In this document: piece after piece, positions 10,665 through 19,473 of the stretch
Layout: each line of letters begins with the position of its first letter
Position numbering within the stretch: the stretch's first letter is position 1
IMG/VR virus record: IMGVR_UViG_3300020476_000002
Span: 1 to 59,966 of that record
DNA length: 59,966 nucleotides
From: a virus
Lineage: Duplodnaviria > Caudoviricetes
Strand: one strand, 5' to 3'
Translations under genes and position numbers: made by a program
The notes under the pieces: generated by a model
The model's database searches: none
Told to the model about the DNA's origin: nothing
What the model saw: only the letters and a program-made list of their open reading frames with translations

Positions 10665-11953
10665 TGGTTGTCGAAAACCCAATCAGCGAAGACTTTGCTG
10701 CGAATGTATCTGGTTTGTCTCGTTCGCAGAAGCGTGAGCAGGTCAAACAAGAGCAGCGTGAGCTTAACGTAGCGTTGGCGGCTGCGGGGAAATCGCTGAT
10801 TGCTGTTGATGGCATTGTTGGTCCTGAGACTGAGGGGGCGCGGGTCACAGTTGCTGCGTTAGACGACGGTACTGGTGACGGTACTGGTGACGGTACTGGT
10901 GACGGTACTGGTGACGGCGGGGCACAGAAAGAACCTGCCGACAATGTTCAGGACAAAGAGGGGAATTGGCTTTATATCCAGAACGCTGCGGGGGCTTGGT
11001 ACAACAATCCCGCCTTCATACATGAAGAAGAAGACGAAGAAGAAACTGAAACCGAAAAAGAAACACGGCTGGCATTAGAGGCAGAAAAACAGAAAGCCAT
11101 AAACCTCCAGTTGGAGAACGACGCTTTACGACTCGCAGGCCAAGAAAGCAGCACAGACATACTCGCAGATCTCGTTCAACGCTACGGGCTACCCAGCACC
11201 ATCACTGACTTCCTCACAGAACAAATGATCGCAGGGGAATCAGAACTAGGTATAGCCCAAAAAATTAGGGCACGCCCCGAATACGCTGCCAGGTTCCCCG
11301 CAATGGCAATACGTCGAGGGCTTAACCTTCCCACTATCAGCGAATCCGAATACATCGGGTTGGAACGCAGTTACCGGTCGATCATGCGGGCAGCAAACCT
11401 GCCTGCCAACTTCCATGACGGACCAGAAGACTTTACGAATCTCATTTCTGGGGACGTATCGGCCCAAGAGTTTCAGCAGCGAGTGACGTTGGCTGAGTCG
11501 GCACGCGACACCGCCAACCAAGACATCATCACCGAACTTCAAGACAACTATGGTCTTACCACAGGTGACATTACCGCTTACTATCTTGACCCTAAAGCGG
11601 CACAAAATGTGTTTGAAGACCGCCGCAAGTTTGAAGCAGCGGGACTGTCGGTGGCGGCTACACAAGCAATCGGTGAAGGACTCGAAGTTAAGACTGCAGA
11701 AGCGTTGCAACGTGAAAACATCCAGCGTAGGGAAATCCAGTCACGCCTCGGCCAGCGAGCCGGTCTAACCGAAGACCTCCTCGGCAGCGAAGGCATGAGT
11801 GCCACACAGGTAGCTGAGGCAGAGTTTGGGTTGGATGTGGATGAAGCAACCAGGTTACGTCGCCTCAGAGAAGCACGTTTGGCCCCCATGATGGGTGGCG
11901 GAACTGCCCTCACCACAGCCAAAGGTATTACAGGTTTGGGTGCTGCACAGTAA
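10664..11953 (+). CDS. putative internal virion protein with a PG_binding_1-like motif
   Basis: VDGIVGPET motif. Homologous to 49629..51071. Confidence 0.6.
   Translation: MVVENPISEDFAANVSGLSRSQKREQVKQEQRELNVALAAAGKSLIAVDGIVGPETEGARVTVAALDDGTGDGTGDGTGDGTGDGGAQKEPADNVQDKEGNWLYIQNAAGAWYNNPAFIHEEEDEEETETEKETRLALEAEKQKAINLQLENDALRLAGQESSTDILADLVQRYGLPSTITDFLTEQMIAGESELGIAQKIRARPEYAARFPAMAIRRGLNLPTISESEYIGLERSYRSIMRAANLPANFHDGPEDFTNLISGDVSAQEFQQRVTLAESARDTANQDIITELQDNYGLTTGDITAYYLDPKAAQNVFEDRRKFEAAGLSVAATQAIGEGLEVKTAEALQRENIQRREIQSRLGQRAGLTEDLLGSEGMSATQVAEAEFGLDVDEATRLRRLREARLAPMMGGGTALTTAKGITGLGAAQ
10865..10917 (+). repeat. 12-bp tandem repeat GACGGTACTGGT x4 (encodes DGTG)
   Basis: Four perfect units plus a partial unit, read directly. 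Confidence 0.95.
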
Positions 11954-11957
11954 CCAC

Positions 11958-11986
11958 TGGATTCCCCAGACTCGGTTATGTATAGT
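11958..11986 (+). promoter_or_regulatory. putative sigma70-type promoter for scaffold/capsid (A)
   Basis: TGGATT-17 nt-TATAGT, positionally equivalent to the promoter at 51068. Confidence 0.5.
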
Positions 11987-12084
11987 GGAAAGCGTTGATC
12001 GGCCCCACGTTGGGCGAGCTGTTTAACACCCCCTCCATCTCCAGTTCCACCGCTGGGATGCGTACCAGGATAGGTGAGTGACAT

Positions 12085-12561
12085 ATGACAGATTCCGACT
12101 CCACTTTCGGTGAAGAAGGTTCTGACAGCCCAACCGAGTCGAAACCGAATTGGCGACGAGACTTAGAGAACCGTGCGAAGGAAGCTGAAAGCCAGCTTGC
12201 GGAAGCGCAATCGAAGTTGAGTGGCTATGAGCGGCGTGACGTTTTTAGGTCAGCAGGACTTGATCTTGAGGACCGGCAAGTAAGCTATTTCGTTAAGGCT
12301 TACGATGGTGAAATGGACGCAGAAGTTATCCGTGCAGAAGCGGAGTCTGCTGGGTTCATTGGATCGAATGCTTCGGCATCCAGTCCTTCACCGATGATGC
12401 GTGACGCACTCGACGCCGAACAGCGTATTGCTGCTGCTGGCGAAGGTGGTGACCCGGTGTCACAAGCCGACCTGAACGCTCGTATAGCGTCAACGAACAA
12501 CCCGGAGGAACTCCGGTCGTTGATGGAGAGTGAAGGTTACCTGTGGGGTGCTGCTCAGTAA
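12085..12561 (+). CDS. capsid scaffolding protein (A)
   Basis: Acidic coiled-coil protein immediately before the major capsid gene. Homologous to 51191..51673. Confidence 0.7.
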   Translation: MTDSDSTFGEEGSDSPTESKPNWRRDLENRAKEAESQLAEAQSKLSGYERRDVFRSAGLDLEDRQVSYFVKAYDGEMDAEVIRAEAESAGFIGSNASASSPSPMMRDALDAEQRIAAAGEGGDPVSQADLNARIASTNNPEELRSLMESEGYLWGAAQ

Positions 12562-12604
12562 TCGGCTAGCTAACAGTGGAGTCCCTCACCCTTAGGACTT
12601 CACA

Positions 12605-13543
12605 ATGGCCTATACAGGCACAGGGGACGTTTCCTCTGATACGGCGGCGTTTCAGCAACTTGCTTATTTCGCTTTCCGTTCCCAACCAGTGTTTGACATG
12701 GTTGCTGATGTGCGCTCAACCGCGCAAACCCATAACGGGGCATCAGTCCAGTTCAACATTTATGACAATATGGCTCAGGCCACTTCAGCTCTGACTGAAA
12801 CGTCTGACGTTACAGCGGTTGCCCTTGGCGACTCGACTGTCGTTGTTACTCTCGCAGAGTACGGCAACGCAGTCATCACCACAGCGAAGCTGCGTGGCAC
12901 ATCATTCTTGAATGTTGATGCTGACGCTGCGAACATCATCGGTTACAACATGGTTGATTCCATGGATAAAGTTGTTTCTGATGTCGCTAACGGTGGCTCT
13001 AACGTCATTTATGGCGGCGATGCTACTGCCCGTAACGAACTTGTGGCGGCAGACGTAATCACCGCAGACTTGGCACGTAAAGCTGTAGCCGAACTTCGTA
13101 CAGCTAGTGCGCCTGGCTTTGAGAATGGCAACTACATGGGCATCGTTCATCCCGATGTCGCTTATGACCTCCGCAGCGAAACCGCAGTAACCGACGTAAT
13201 CGCATTCCAGATCCGTCAAGACAGCGCCGGTGTTCGCAACGGCTCCATTGGCGTGTTCGGTGGTATCGAGTGGATTGAGAACCCGCGTGCGGGTCTTATC
13301 GCAGATGGCGGTGCGGGTACGTGCGACGCATATCAAACTTTGGTTTGTGGTCGCCAAGCTCTTGCCAAAGCGTTCAGTCGTGCTCCTGGCTTCGGGGAAG
13401 ACCCAAGCGTCGTGTTCGGTCCTGTGACCGATACTCTGCGCCGGTTCCACCCGGTTGGCTGGTATCACCTTGTCGGCTATGGCCGATTCCGTGAGGCTTC
13501 GATGCAACGTATCGAAACTTCATCCAGCATCGGGACTAACTAA
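12605..13543 (+). CDS. major capsid protein (N4-gp56-like family), A
   Basis: 312 aa with EYGNAV, HPDVAYDL and DTLRRFHPVGWY motifs. Preceded by the scaffold and followed by a hairpin. Confidence 0.85.
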   Translation: MAYTGTGDVSSDTAAFQQLAYFAFRSQPVFDMVADVRSTAQTHNGASVQFNIYDNMAQATSALTETSDVTAVALGDSTVVVTLAEYGNAVITTAKLRGTSFLNVDADAANIIGYNMVDSMDKVVSDVANGGSNVIYGGDATARNELVAADVITADLARKAVAELRTASAPGFENGNYMGIVHPDVAYDLRSETAVTDVIAFQIRQDSAGVRNGSIGVFGGIEWIENPRAGLIADGGAGTCDAYQTLVCGRQALAKAFSRAPGFGEDPSVVFGPVTDTLRRFHPVGWYHLVGYGRFREASMQRIETSSSIGTN

Positions 13544-13558
13544 TAGTTAGCGCCTGAA

Positions 13559-13607
13559 GGCTTGGGGGGGTCGGGTTCCCCCTTTCCCCGGCCCCCCCAT
13601 CAAAGCC
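13559..13607 (+). terminator. GC-rich hairpin after major capsid gene
   Basis: GGGGGGGTCGGG / CCCGGCCCCCCC stem. A counterpart lies at 52722..52769. Confidence 0.65.
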
Positions 13608-13635
13608 TGCTACTCTTGCTGTAAAGTGAGGATGT

Positions 13636-13761
13636 ATGCCTAAAGTTGGTTCAAAACATTTCAGTTACTCCACGGCTGGCCGTAAAGCTGCCCGTGCCTA
13701 TGCGTCAAAGACTGGCAAAAAGGTGACGAATACTAAAAAGAAAAAGCGGGGCAAAAAGTAA
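13636..13761 (+). CDS. 41-aa basic microprotein
   Basis: MPKVGSKHFSYSTAGRKAA... with GAGG RBS. Homologue at 52788..52886. Confidence 0.6.
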   Translation: MPKVGSKHFSYSTAGRKAARAYASKTGKKVTNTKKKKRGKK

Positions 13762-13844
13762 TGGCCGGTAACAGTCAAACCGACGGAAACGTCACGATTC
13801 GGCCCAAACCCATAACTGGGACCGGAGGAGCTAAACGTGGCTAG
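13761..13844 (+). CDS. 27-aa microprotein
   Basis: TAATG-coupled. VTIRPKPITGTGGAKRG is conserved at 52867..52941. Confidence 0.45.
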   Translation: MAGNSQTDGNVTIRPKPITGTGGAKRG

Positions 13845-14280
13845 TGGCCTTTTCTGTTTGCCAATGGAATACAACCTGGAGCAGACAGCGAACTTTAATA
13901 TCGATTTTAATGACACGACTGCTGATCGTTTCAAATGCATGTTGACGACCAGCTCGTACACACCGAACTACAGCACCCATTCGATTAAGTCTGATGTGAC
14001 TAACGAGGTGTCTGGTACCGGTTACACCGCTGGTGGGGAGTCGTTGACTTCTATCACGTTCGCTACGAGTGGGGGAACGATTACTTGGGATGCGGCGGAT
14101 GTCGAGTGGACTTCGAGCACGATTACTGGTGCTCGTTACGCTGTGATTTATGACGACGATCTCACTAATAAGCCTTTGATTTGTGCTATTGACTTCGGTG
14201 GAGATTTCTCTACCACATCTGGTACGTTCAAAATTACTTGGAATGCAAGCGGAATCTTTACGCTTGACTTGACCCCGTAG
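13837..14280 (+). CDS. virion structural protein (beta-rich)
   Basis: GGAGG RBS and GTG start. Very similar copy at 52934..53377. Confidence 0.7.
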   Translation: MASGLFCLPMEYNLEQTANFNIDFNDTTADRFKCMLTTSSYTPNYSTHSIKSDVTNEVSGTGYTAGGESLTSITFATSGGTITWDAADVEWTSSTITGARYAVIYDDDLTNKPLICAIDFGGDFSTTSGTFKITWNASGIFTLDLTP

Positions 14281-14289
14281 GAGTAGATA

Positions 14290-15054
14290 ATGGCAATCCC
14301 CACTTCTGGGTATCCCACCACTCTTGACGACACGAATGCGACACCTGGCGCAACGGTTGAGTTTCCTCAACCAAGTTCGTCAACGGATTTGGATGCAACG
14401 AACGTCGAGCATGATTTGTTGCACACGAATCTTTCTTTGGCAATCGTGGCGTTACAGACGAAACTGGGGATCACTGACTCTAACGCTTCGGCGGATAAAC
14501 TTCTCGTAGGAAGTGGTGCTTCGACTACTGCGTGGACTTCTACGCTTCCCAGTGTCGGTTTCGGCACAGACGGCTCAGGTGTAGACGTAACATTTTATTC
14601 GGCTACCGCAGGCGACTCGATGCTGTGGGACGCTTCGGACGAGAAGCTGGTTATCACTGGTAGCGACGGCCAGAACGCTTTAGAAGTTCCAGATGGCAAT
14701 GTTTCGGTTACCGACCAACTCACAGTCTCCGGTGGGCTGGTTGCACCACTCCAAATTAATGCTCAGACCGGTACGACATATACGTTGGTTATTGGGGATG
14801 CCGGGAAACTGGTTACTTCTTCTAACGGGTCGGCGCAAACTATTACGGTGCCGCCGAACTCGTCGGTAGCGTTTGCTGTTGGCACTCAGATCATTGTTCA
14901 AAACATCGGCTCGGCTAATGCAACGCTGGCTCAGGGGTCTGGTGTCACTATTCAATCTAAGGATTCTAATAAGGAGATTGACGGTCAGTACGCTGCGGCG
15001 ACGCTGATTAAAACGGCAACTGATACTTGGTCGCTTATTGGTGCTCTGAAGTAA
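14290..15054 (+). CDS. putative tail fibre / appendage protein
   Basis: AGGAG RBS. C-terminal INAQTGTTYTLVIGDAGKL...WSLIG domain of the kind seen in fibre proteins. Confidence 0.6.
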   Translation: MAIPTSGYPTTLDDTNATPGATVEFPQPSSSTDLDATNVEHDLLHTNLSLAIVALQTKLGITDSNASADKLLVGSGASTTAWTSTLPSVGFGTDGSGVDVTFYSATAGDSMLWDASDEKLVITGSDGQNALEVPDGNVSVTDQLTVSGGLVAPLQINAQTGTTYTLVIGDAGKLVTSSNGSAQTITVPPNSSVAFAVGTQIIVQNIGSANATLAQGSGVTIQSKDSNKEIDGQYAAATLIKTATDTWSLIGALK

Positions 15055-15929
15055 TGCCTGTACGTCCAGTCGATCACGGCATTGTTTCTGCTTCTGGTGC
15101 TGGTGGTGCTGAAATAACGGGAGGTAACAGTTACGACAGCCAAGGTGACGGCTACATATATGAGGAGTTTACTTCGTCGGGAACTGCGACTGTTACTGGT
15201 GATTTGACTGTTGACCTGATTGTTGTTGGCGGCGGTGGCGGTCTTAGCAACAGCGCTCAGTATAATAGAAACTCGTTCAGCGGTGCCGGTGGCGGTGGCG
15301 GTGTTCTTTTAGCCACAGGTTTAGCTGTAACAGCAGGAGATTACACCGTAACTATTGGAGCGCTTGGTTCCAACGGTGCAAGCGCAAGCCAGTATGGGAC
15401 TAATGGGGGTACATCAGTCGTTGAAATTGGTGGCGTTCGGTGGACCGCTTCTGGCGGTGGTTTCGGCGGTTGGGGCGGCGACTATTACGCCGGTAACGGA
15501 AATGCTGGTTCAGCCGCCGACACCTCAAACCCGAACAGTCTGTCGGGAGTCCAAAGCTCTGGCGGCGCTAGCGGTGGCTCTGGTCTATGGTCTGGGTACA
15601 CAGGTGCAACTGCAGGTTCAGGTGCTAGTTCTTACAATACTGGGGGTAATGGGGGAGCAACGGTAACTTTGCATTCTGGCGGTAATGGTGCTGGTACTGA
15701 CTGGTACGGATCACCCGGTGGTGGTGGCTCTGGTACCGGTAATGCCGGTTCTAAACCGGGTGGTGGCGCAGGAGAAACGTGGAATAACTTTGAGTCAGCT
15801 TCTGACGTTTACGGATCAGGTGGAACTGCCACTGGAACAGACAGCGCAGGTACCGGTTACGGTAAAGGCAGTTCTTGGTCGAATGGTAACGGACAAGCAG
15901 GTGTTGTAATTTTTAGGTGGGCTGCATAA
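15054..15929 (+). CDS. glycine-rich tail fibre / receptor-binding-type protein
   Basis: Likely ATG at 15054 (TAATG). Contains VVGGGGG and GAGGGGG motifs and ends GVVIFRW. Confidence 0.7.
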   Translation: MPVRPVDHGIVSASGAGGAEITGGNSYDSQGDGYIYEEFTSSGTATVTGDLTVDLIVVGGGGGLSNSAQYNRNSFSGAGGGGGVLLATGLAVTAGDYTVTIGALGSNGASASQYGTNGGTSVVEIGGVRWTASGGGFGGWGGDYYAGNGNAGSAADTSNPNSLSGVQSSGGASGGSGLWSGYTGATAGSGASSYNTGGNGGATVTLHSGGNGAGTDWYGSPGGGGSGTGNAGSKPGGGAGETWNNFESASDVYGSGGTATGTDSAGTGYGKGSSWSNGNGQAGVVIFRWAA

Positions 15930-16258
15930 TGCGGTTATTCGCTGAAGTTAATTCAGAAAATATTGTTGTTAATGTTGCTCTGTTTGAAGATGATAAAACA
16001 CCTGTCGATTTAGGGTGGACAGGGTGGTATGAAACAGCAGAAAATATCCGTAAAACTGTAGCTGGTCCCGGCTCGACGTTTGTTCCAGAAGCAGACGGTT
16101 ATCCTCTTGGATTGTTTTACCAGCCATGTCCGCACGAAACTTGGGTATTAGACGCTAATTATGATTGGCAACCTCCAACACCCAAACCAGAAGGAAACTA
16201 TATATGGGACGACGAAACTAATAATTGGGTTGAGGTATTTCCTCACGAGGAAGAATGA
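15929..16258 (+). CDS. small fibre-associated protein
   Basis: TAATG-coupled. WQPPTPKP..YIWDD..NW pattern typical of genes following Gly-rich fibres. Confidence 0.65.
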   Translation: MRLFAEVNSENIVVNVALFEDDKTPVDLGWTGWYETAENIRKTVAGPGSTFVPEADGYPLGLFYQPCPHETWVLDANYDWQPPTPKPEGNYIWDDETNNWVEVFPHEEE

Positions 16259-17067
16259 ACATCGTTGATGCCCCCGGCAAAATTACTGCCGGACGGCCAC
16301 TCAAACCCTTCGGCATAGTTGTCCACCATACCGCCTCCAACCGCAACGCCGACCCCGACAACGTGATCGCAATGTGTGTACGAGGCGTCAACAAGGTACC
16401 CGGACCTTTATACAACTACCTCATAAAACGTGATGGCACCATTGTCAAGTTGACGGCTGAGAATGTGAAAGCTAACCACGCTGGCCGTGGTTTACAGTCA
16501 GTGTTGACACGAATGCAGCAGAATAAGCCTGTTACGGGTAACGCTTCGAGCGCCGGTAAGATCAGCGCCAACTCTCGTTTAATAGGTGTTTCAATTATTA
16601 ATGACGGGTTAGGGGAAGATGTACCCGAGGCACAGATGGACGCACTTGTAGATTTGTGCGCCTTTCTGTGTGACGGACACAACTGGAACCCCGACTGTGC
16701 TGTGATAGGCCATAAAGAATGGACTTCACGCAAAGTTGACCCCTCGTTTTCTATGCCAGAACTACGTTTAATGGTTCATCGACGCATGATTACATCAGTC
16801 CCAACAATGACTTTACCTAAAGAACCAGAAGACGGACTTGTTCCATTCCCCGGAACACTCCGCAAAGGCTCACGCAGCCAAGCAGTTGTTCATGTTCAAC
16901 GAGTAGTAGGAGCTTTAGCCGACGGAATATTCGGGCGTGGTACACTCGCCAAAGTAAAACAATGGCAGCGAGCTAAAGGGCTTGTTGCAGATGGCGTGGT
17001 TGGTCCAAAAACTTGGGCTGCTATGCAGATACGGAGACAAGAAGTTGTTCAACCAGCGTTTTATTAA
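16255..17067 (+). CDS. endolysin: N-acetylmuramoyl-L-alanine amidase plus peptidoglycan-binding domain
   Basis: VVHHTAS, NHAG and GHKEWTSRKVDP amidase_2 motifs. C-terminal ADGIFG/ADGVVGPKTW. Confidence 0.9.
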   Translation: MNIVDAPGKITAGRPLKPFGIVVHHTASNRNADPDNVIAMCVRGVNKVPGPLYNYLIKRDGTIVKLTAENVKANHAGRGLQSVLTRMQQNKPVTGNASSAGKISANSRLIGVSIINDGLGEDVPEAQMDALVDLCAFLCDGHNWNPDCAVIGHKEWTSRKVDPSFSMPELRLMVHRRMITSVPTMTLPKEPEDGLVPFPGTLRKGSRSQAVVHVQRVVGALADGIFGRGTLAKVKQWQRAKGLVADGVVGPKTWAAMQIRRQEVVQPAFY

Positions 17068-17248
17068 AGATTCATTAGAGCGTGGAATCTCTACCTTTGC
17101 TCAGGCATGGGCTGCAGCTATGGCTGTACCCGGACCTGACTGGGGTGATTCCTTGAAGATCGCCGGAGTTGCGGCGCTTATCGCTATTGCCAAGGCTGTT
17201 GCTGCCAGAAAAGTGGGTGACCCTGAAACGGCATCAGTCACTAGTTAA
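17045..17248 (+). CDS. holin (r1t-like)
   Basis: ERGISTFAQA motif and two hydrophobic helices. Overlaps the lysin. TTG start inferred from the 56139 copy. Confidence 0.75.
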   Translation: MFNQRFIKDSLERGISTFAQAWAAAMAVPGPDWGDSLKIAGVAALIAIAKAVAARKVGDPETASVTS

Positions 17249-17264
17249 GAAATGAGGTTGTTCT

Positions 17265-18131
17265 GTGACGCAATATCGTCAGTCGGGGGTTACATATAGG
17301 GAATCGGGTGTCGCTTATGCGTCGCCTACAACTATTACCCCGGCGACGATTGCGGCCACAGCAACCATCCCTACTAATTTCCAGTTTGAGTATCGTCAAT
17401 CTGGGCAGGCTTACAGAAACAGTTACGACTATCGTCAAGCGCTTATATCTGGCAACGTTTATTTAGTTGAAGTTACACCGGCGGCTGTCGCTGTTACTAC
17501 ATCTATTACAGCTACTGGTGGTATACCGATCACGGTTAGTCCGGCAACTATTGCTGCTGTTGCGGCTGTACCCGGCCCCACTTTAACAGTCAACTATGTT
17601 GACATCGATCTAGTAGATGTTCGGGCTTTCGCTGCAGTTCCTTCTCCCACAATCACAACCGGTATCATCCAATACCCAGCAACCATTACGGCTACTGCTG
17701 GAGTTGACCCCATTATTGGTGTCAACATTATTGAGCCAGAGACCATTGCTTGTACCAGCCAAGTACACACTCCGACTCTTATGTCGAATCCTGTTCCGGC
17801 AACAATAACTGTTGACGGCACATGCAACGATGCTCACCAAATGTACAGGTTCTATCCGGGGGCAGAAGCTCTTGTTCCACCTGTCGGGTTACGCAACAAA
17901 CCAACTCCGGCAGCGTACGCATTAGCTCGACATTATTCTCCACGGGACAGGGCACGAAACTTATTTATTATTAATAACACATCAGTACAGGATTATCTTC
18001 CCGTAGATACCACAACCGTTACACGCTGGCTTCTTGGCGGTCACTTCCCACCATCAGACTTGACTCCAAGTGAGATAGCATTACTAGACGCCAGTGGTTT
18101 CCCCATTGACGTAGGAGCAGGAGTTACTTAA
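17265..18131 (+). CDS. virion structural protein with YRQSG and PATI repeats
   Basis: 288 aa. Homologue at 56354..57220. Confidence 0.6.
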   Translation: MTQYRQSGVTYRESGVAYASPTTITPATIAATATIPTNFQFEYRQSGQAYRNSYDYRQALISGNVYLVEVTPAAVAVTTSITATGGIPITVSPATIAAVAAVPGPTLTVNYVDIDLVDVRAFAAVPSPTITTGIIQYPATITATAGVDPIIGVNIIEPETIACTSQVHTPTLMSNPVPATITVDGTCNDAHQMYRFYPGAEALVPPVGLRNKPTPAAYALARHYSPRDRARNLFIINNTSVQDYLPVDTTTVTRWLLGGHFPPSDLTPSEIALLDASGFPIDVGAGVT

Positions 18132-18529
18132 TGCCCATATATGTTTACCGTTGTCTTGACTGTGGATTGGCACATGAGATTCGTCATGGATTTGATGAAA
18201 CTTATAGTGGTCATTGTGATGGTTGTATGGGAGTTGTCCGTAAATATTTTGGTGAAGTGCACATATCTGCATCAGCTACACCTACTCGTGGGGTGCATGA
18301 TGGAAAAGAAATCGATTGGGCTGGGACTAAAACTAAAGAACGAGAAAAAGAAAAAGATATGGAAGCCTATAAACGACTCCGATCTGAAGGTCTTCACCCC
18401 CCGTCTATTGACGGTGCTGCGAACCTCGAATCTCGTGCCGGTAACAAATGGGAAGTTAAAGCAGGGCATATCATTAACGATAAGAATCGCAAAAAGGCTG
18501 AATCGCAGATACAGGAGATTCTCGAATGA
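18131..18529 (+). CDS. FmdB-family zinc-ribbon protein
   Basis: MPIYVYRCLDCG...CDGC pattern. Confidence 0.8.
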   Translation: MPIYVYRCLDCGLAHEIRHGFDETYSGHCDGCMGVVRKYFGEVHISASATPTRGVHDGKEIDWAGTKTKEREKEKDMEAYKRLRSEGLHPPSIDGAANLESRAGNKWEVKAGHIINDKNRKKAESQIQEILE

Positions 18530-19473
18530 GCACACAAGTATGGGTTGATGAAGTTCGTGACATGCTTCTTTCGGGTTATGTGGAAGACTTAGACGTTATT
18601 ACTGGAGACGTTTTGGTAGGAGCTTCACAAATATTTGTTCAAGGCTATGCGTCTTCTATTGTTAAGGGTGTTGTTATAGAAGTAAATGCTGAGTTGATGT
18701 ATGTTCTTCAGGTTACTTCGACAACTATTGACGTATTGCGTGGTTATGGTGGATCAACAGCAGCGGCTCATACCGCTAACGACATTGTTCGTGTGTCACC
18801 CAAGTTCCCGACACACCGTATTGTTTCCTCAATCAATGATGATCTGGCAGATATTTCGTCACCGGCTCATGGTATGTTCCAGATACGTACCACTACCTTT
18901 ACTTACAACGGTGGGGTAGCTGGCTACAACTTGGATACAAGTGACGGTGATGGTGGCTATTATCCTGTTGATTCTATTTATGAAGTAACACATGCAGCAG
19001 TTGGTGTGTTAGCCAATGAACCTGAAATAATTTCGTGGCGACTGAAACGAGATCGAGCTACTGGTTCGTTTGCTAGCGGTAATGCTTTGATTCTTTATGA
19101 TGGTGCAGTACCCGGCAGAACAGTAAGAGTTCTATACAAGTCTCCCCTCACACCGGTAGATACCACAGATCTGACAAAGGATCGTTCCCTTACAGGGCTA
19201 CCAACTACCGCCTATGATCTACCAACACTTGGTGCAGCTATGGCGTTGATGACCACACGTCCCATCAGACGTGAGTTCCTCGACGCACAGGGCACGTCAC
19301 GCATGGCCGAAGAGGTACCCCCCGGAGCTATCTCAGCGTCCTTCAGGGACCTTATGGGGCGGCGTAAGGAAAGACTGGAATCTGAGTCTGCACGGTTAGC
19401 TGCCCAATACCCACAACAATGGCCTCGTCATTCGGCTGTTCGTAGCCACCAATGGGGCTATGCACCGAGATGA
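18526..19473 (+). CDS. putative tail adaptor (tubular protein A-like)
   Basis: Precedes the nozzle-like gene. Homologue at 57610..58542. Function inferred from synteny. Confidence 0.55.
   Translation: MSTQVWVDEVRDMLLSGYVEDLDVITGDVLVGASQIFVQGYASSIVKGVVIEVNAELMYVLQVTSTTIDVLRGYGGSTAAAHTANDIVRVSPKFPTHRIVSSINDDLADISSPAHGMFQIRTTTFTYNGGVAGYNLDTSDGDGGYYPVDSIYEVTHAAVGVLANEPEIISWRLKRDRATGSFASGNALILYDGAVPGRTVRVLYKSPLTPVDTTDLTKDRSLTGLPTTAYDLPTLGAAMALMTTRPIRREFLDAQGTSRMAEEVPPGAISASFRDLMGRRKERLESESARLAAQYPQQWPRHSAVRSHQWGYAPR

Larger units (their letters stand above)
14548..16283 (+). repeat. ~1.74-kb near-identical direct repeat, copy 1
   Basis: Matches 53642..55377 at offset 39,094. All ORF-track translations inside, including shadow frames, are identical. 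Only two substitutions were seen, near the left edge. Confidence 0.95.

Noticed and set aside
87-13507. Numerous antisense and alternate-frame ORFs within structural genes
   Set aside because: Shadow ORFs of long, homologue-supported plus-strand genes.
14548-16283. Terminal repeat, att site or diversity-generating retroelement TR/VR pair
   Set aside because: It lies within coding fibre genes with homologous flanks. There is no integrase or reverse transcriptase and no adenine-specific variation pattern.
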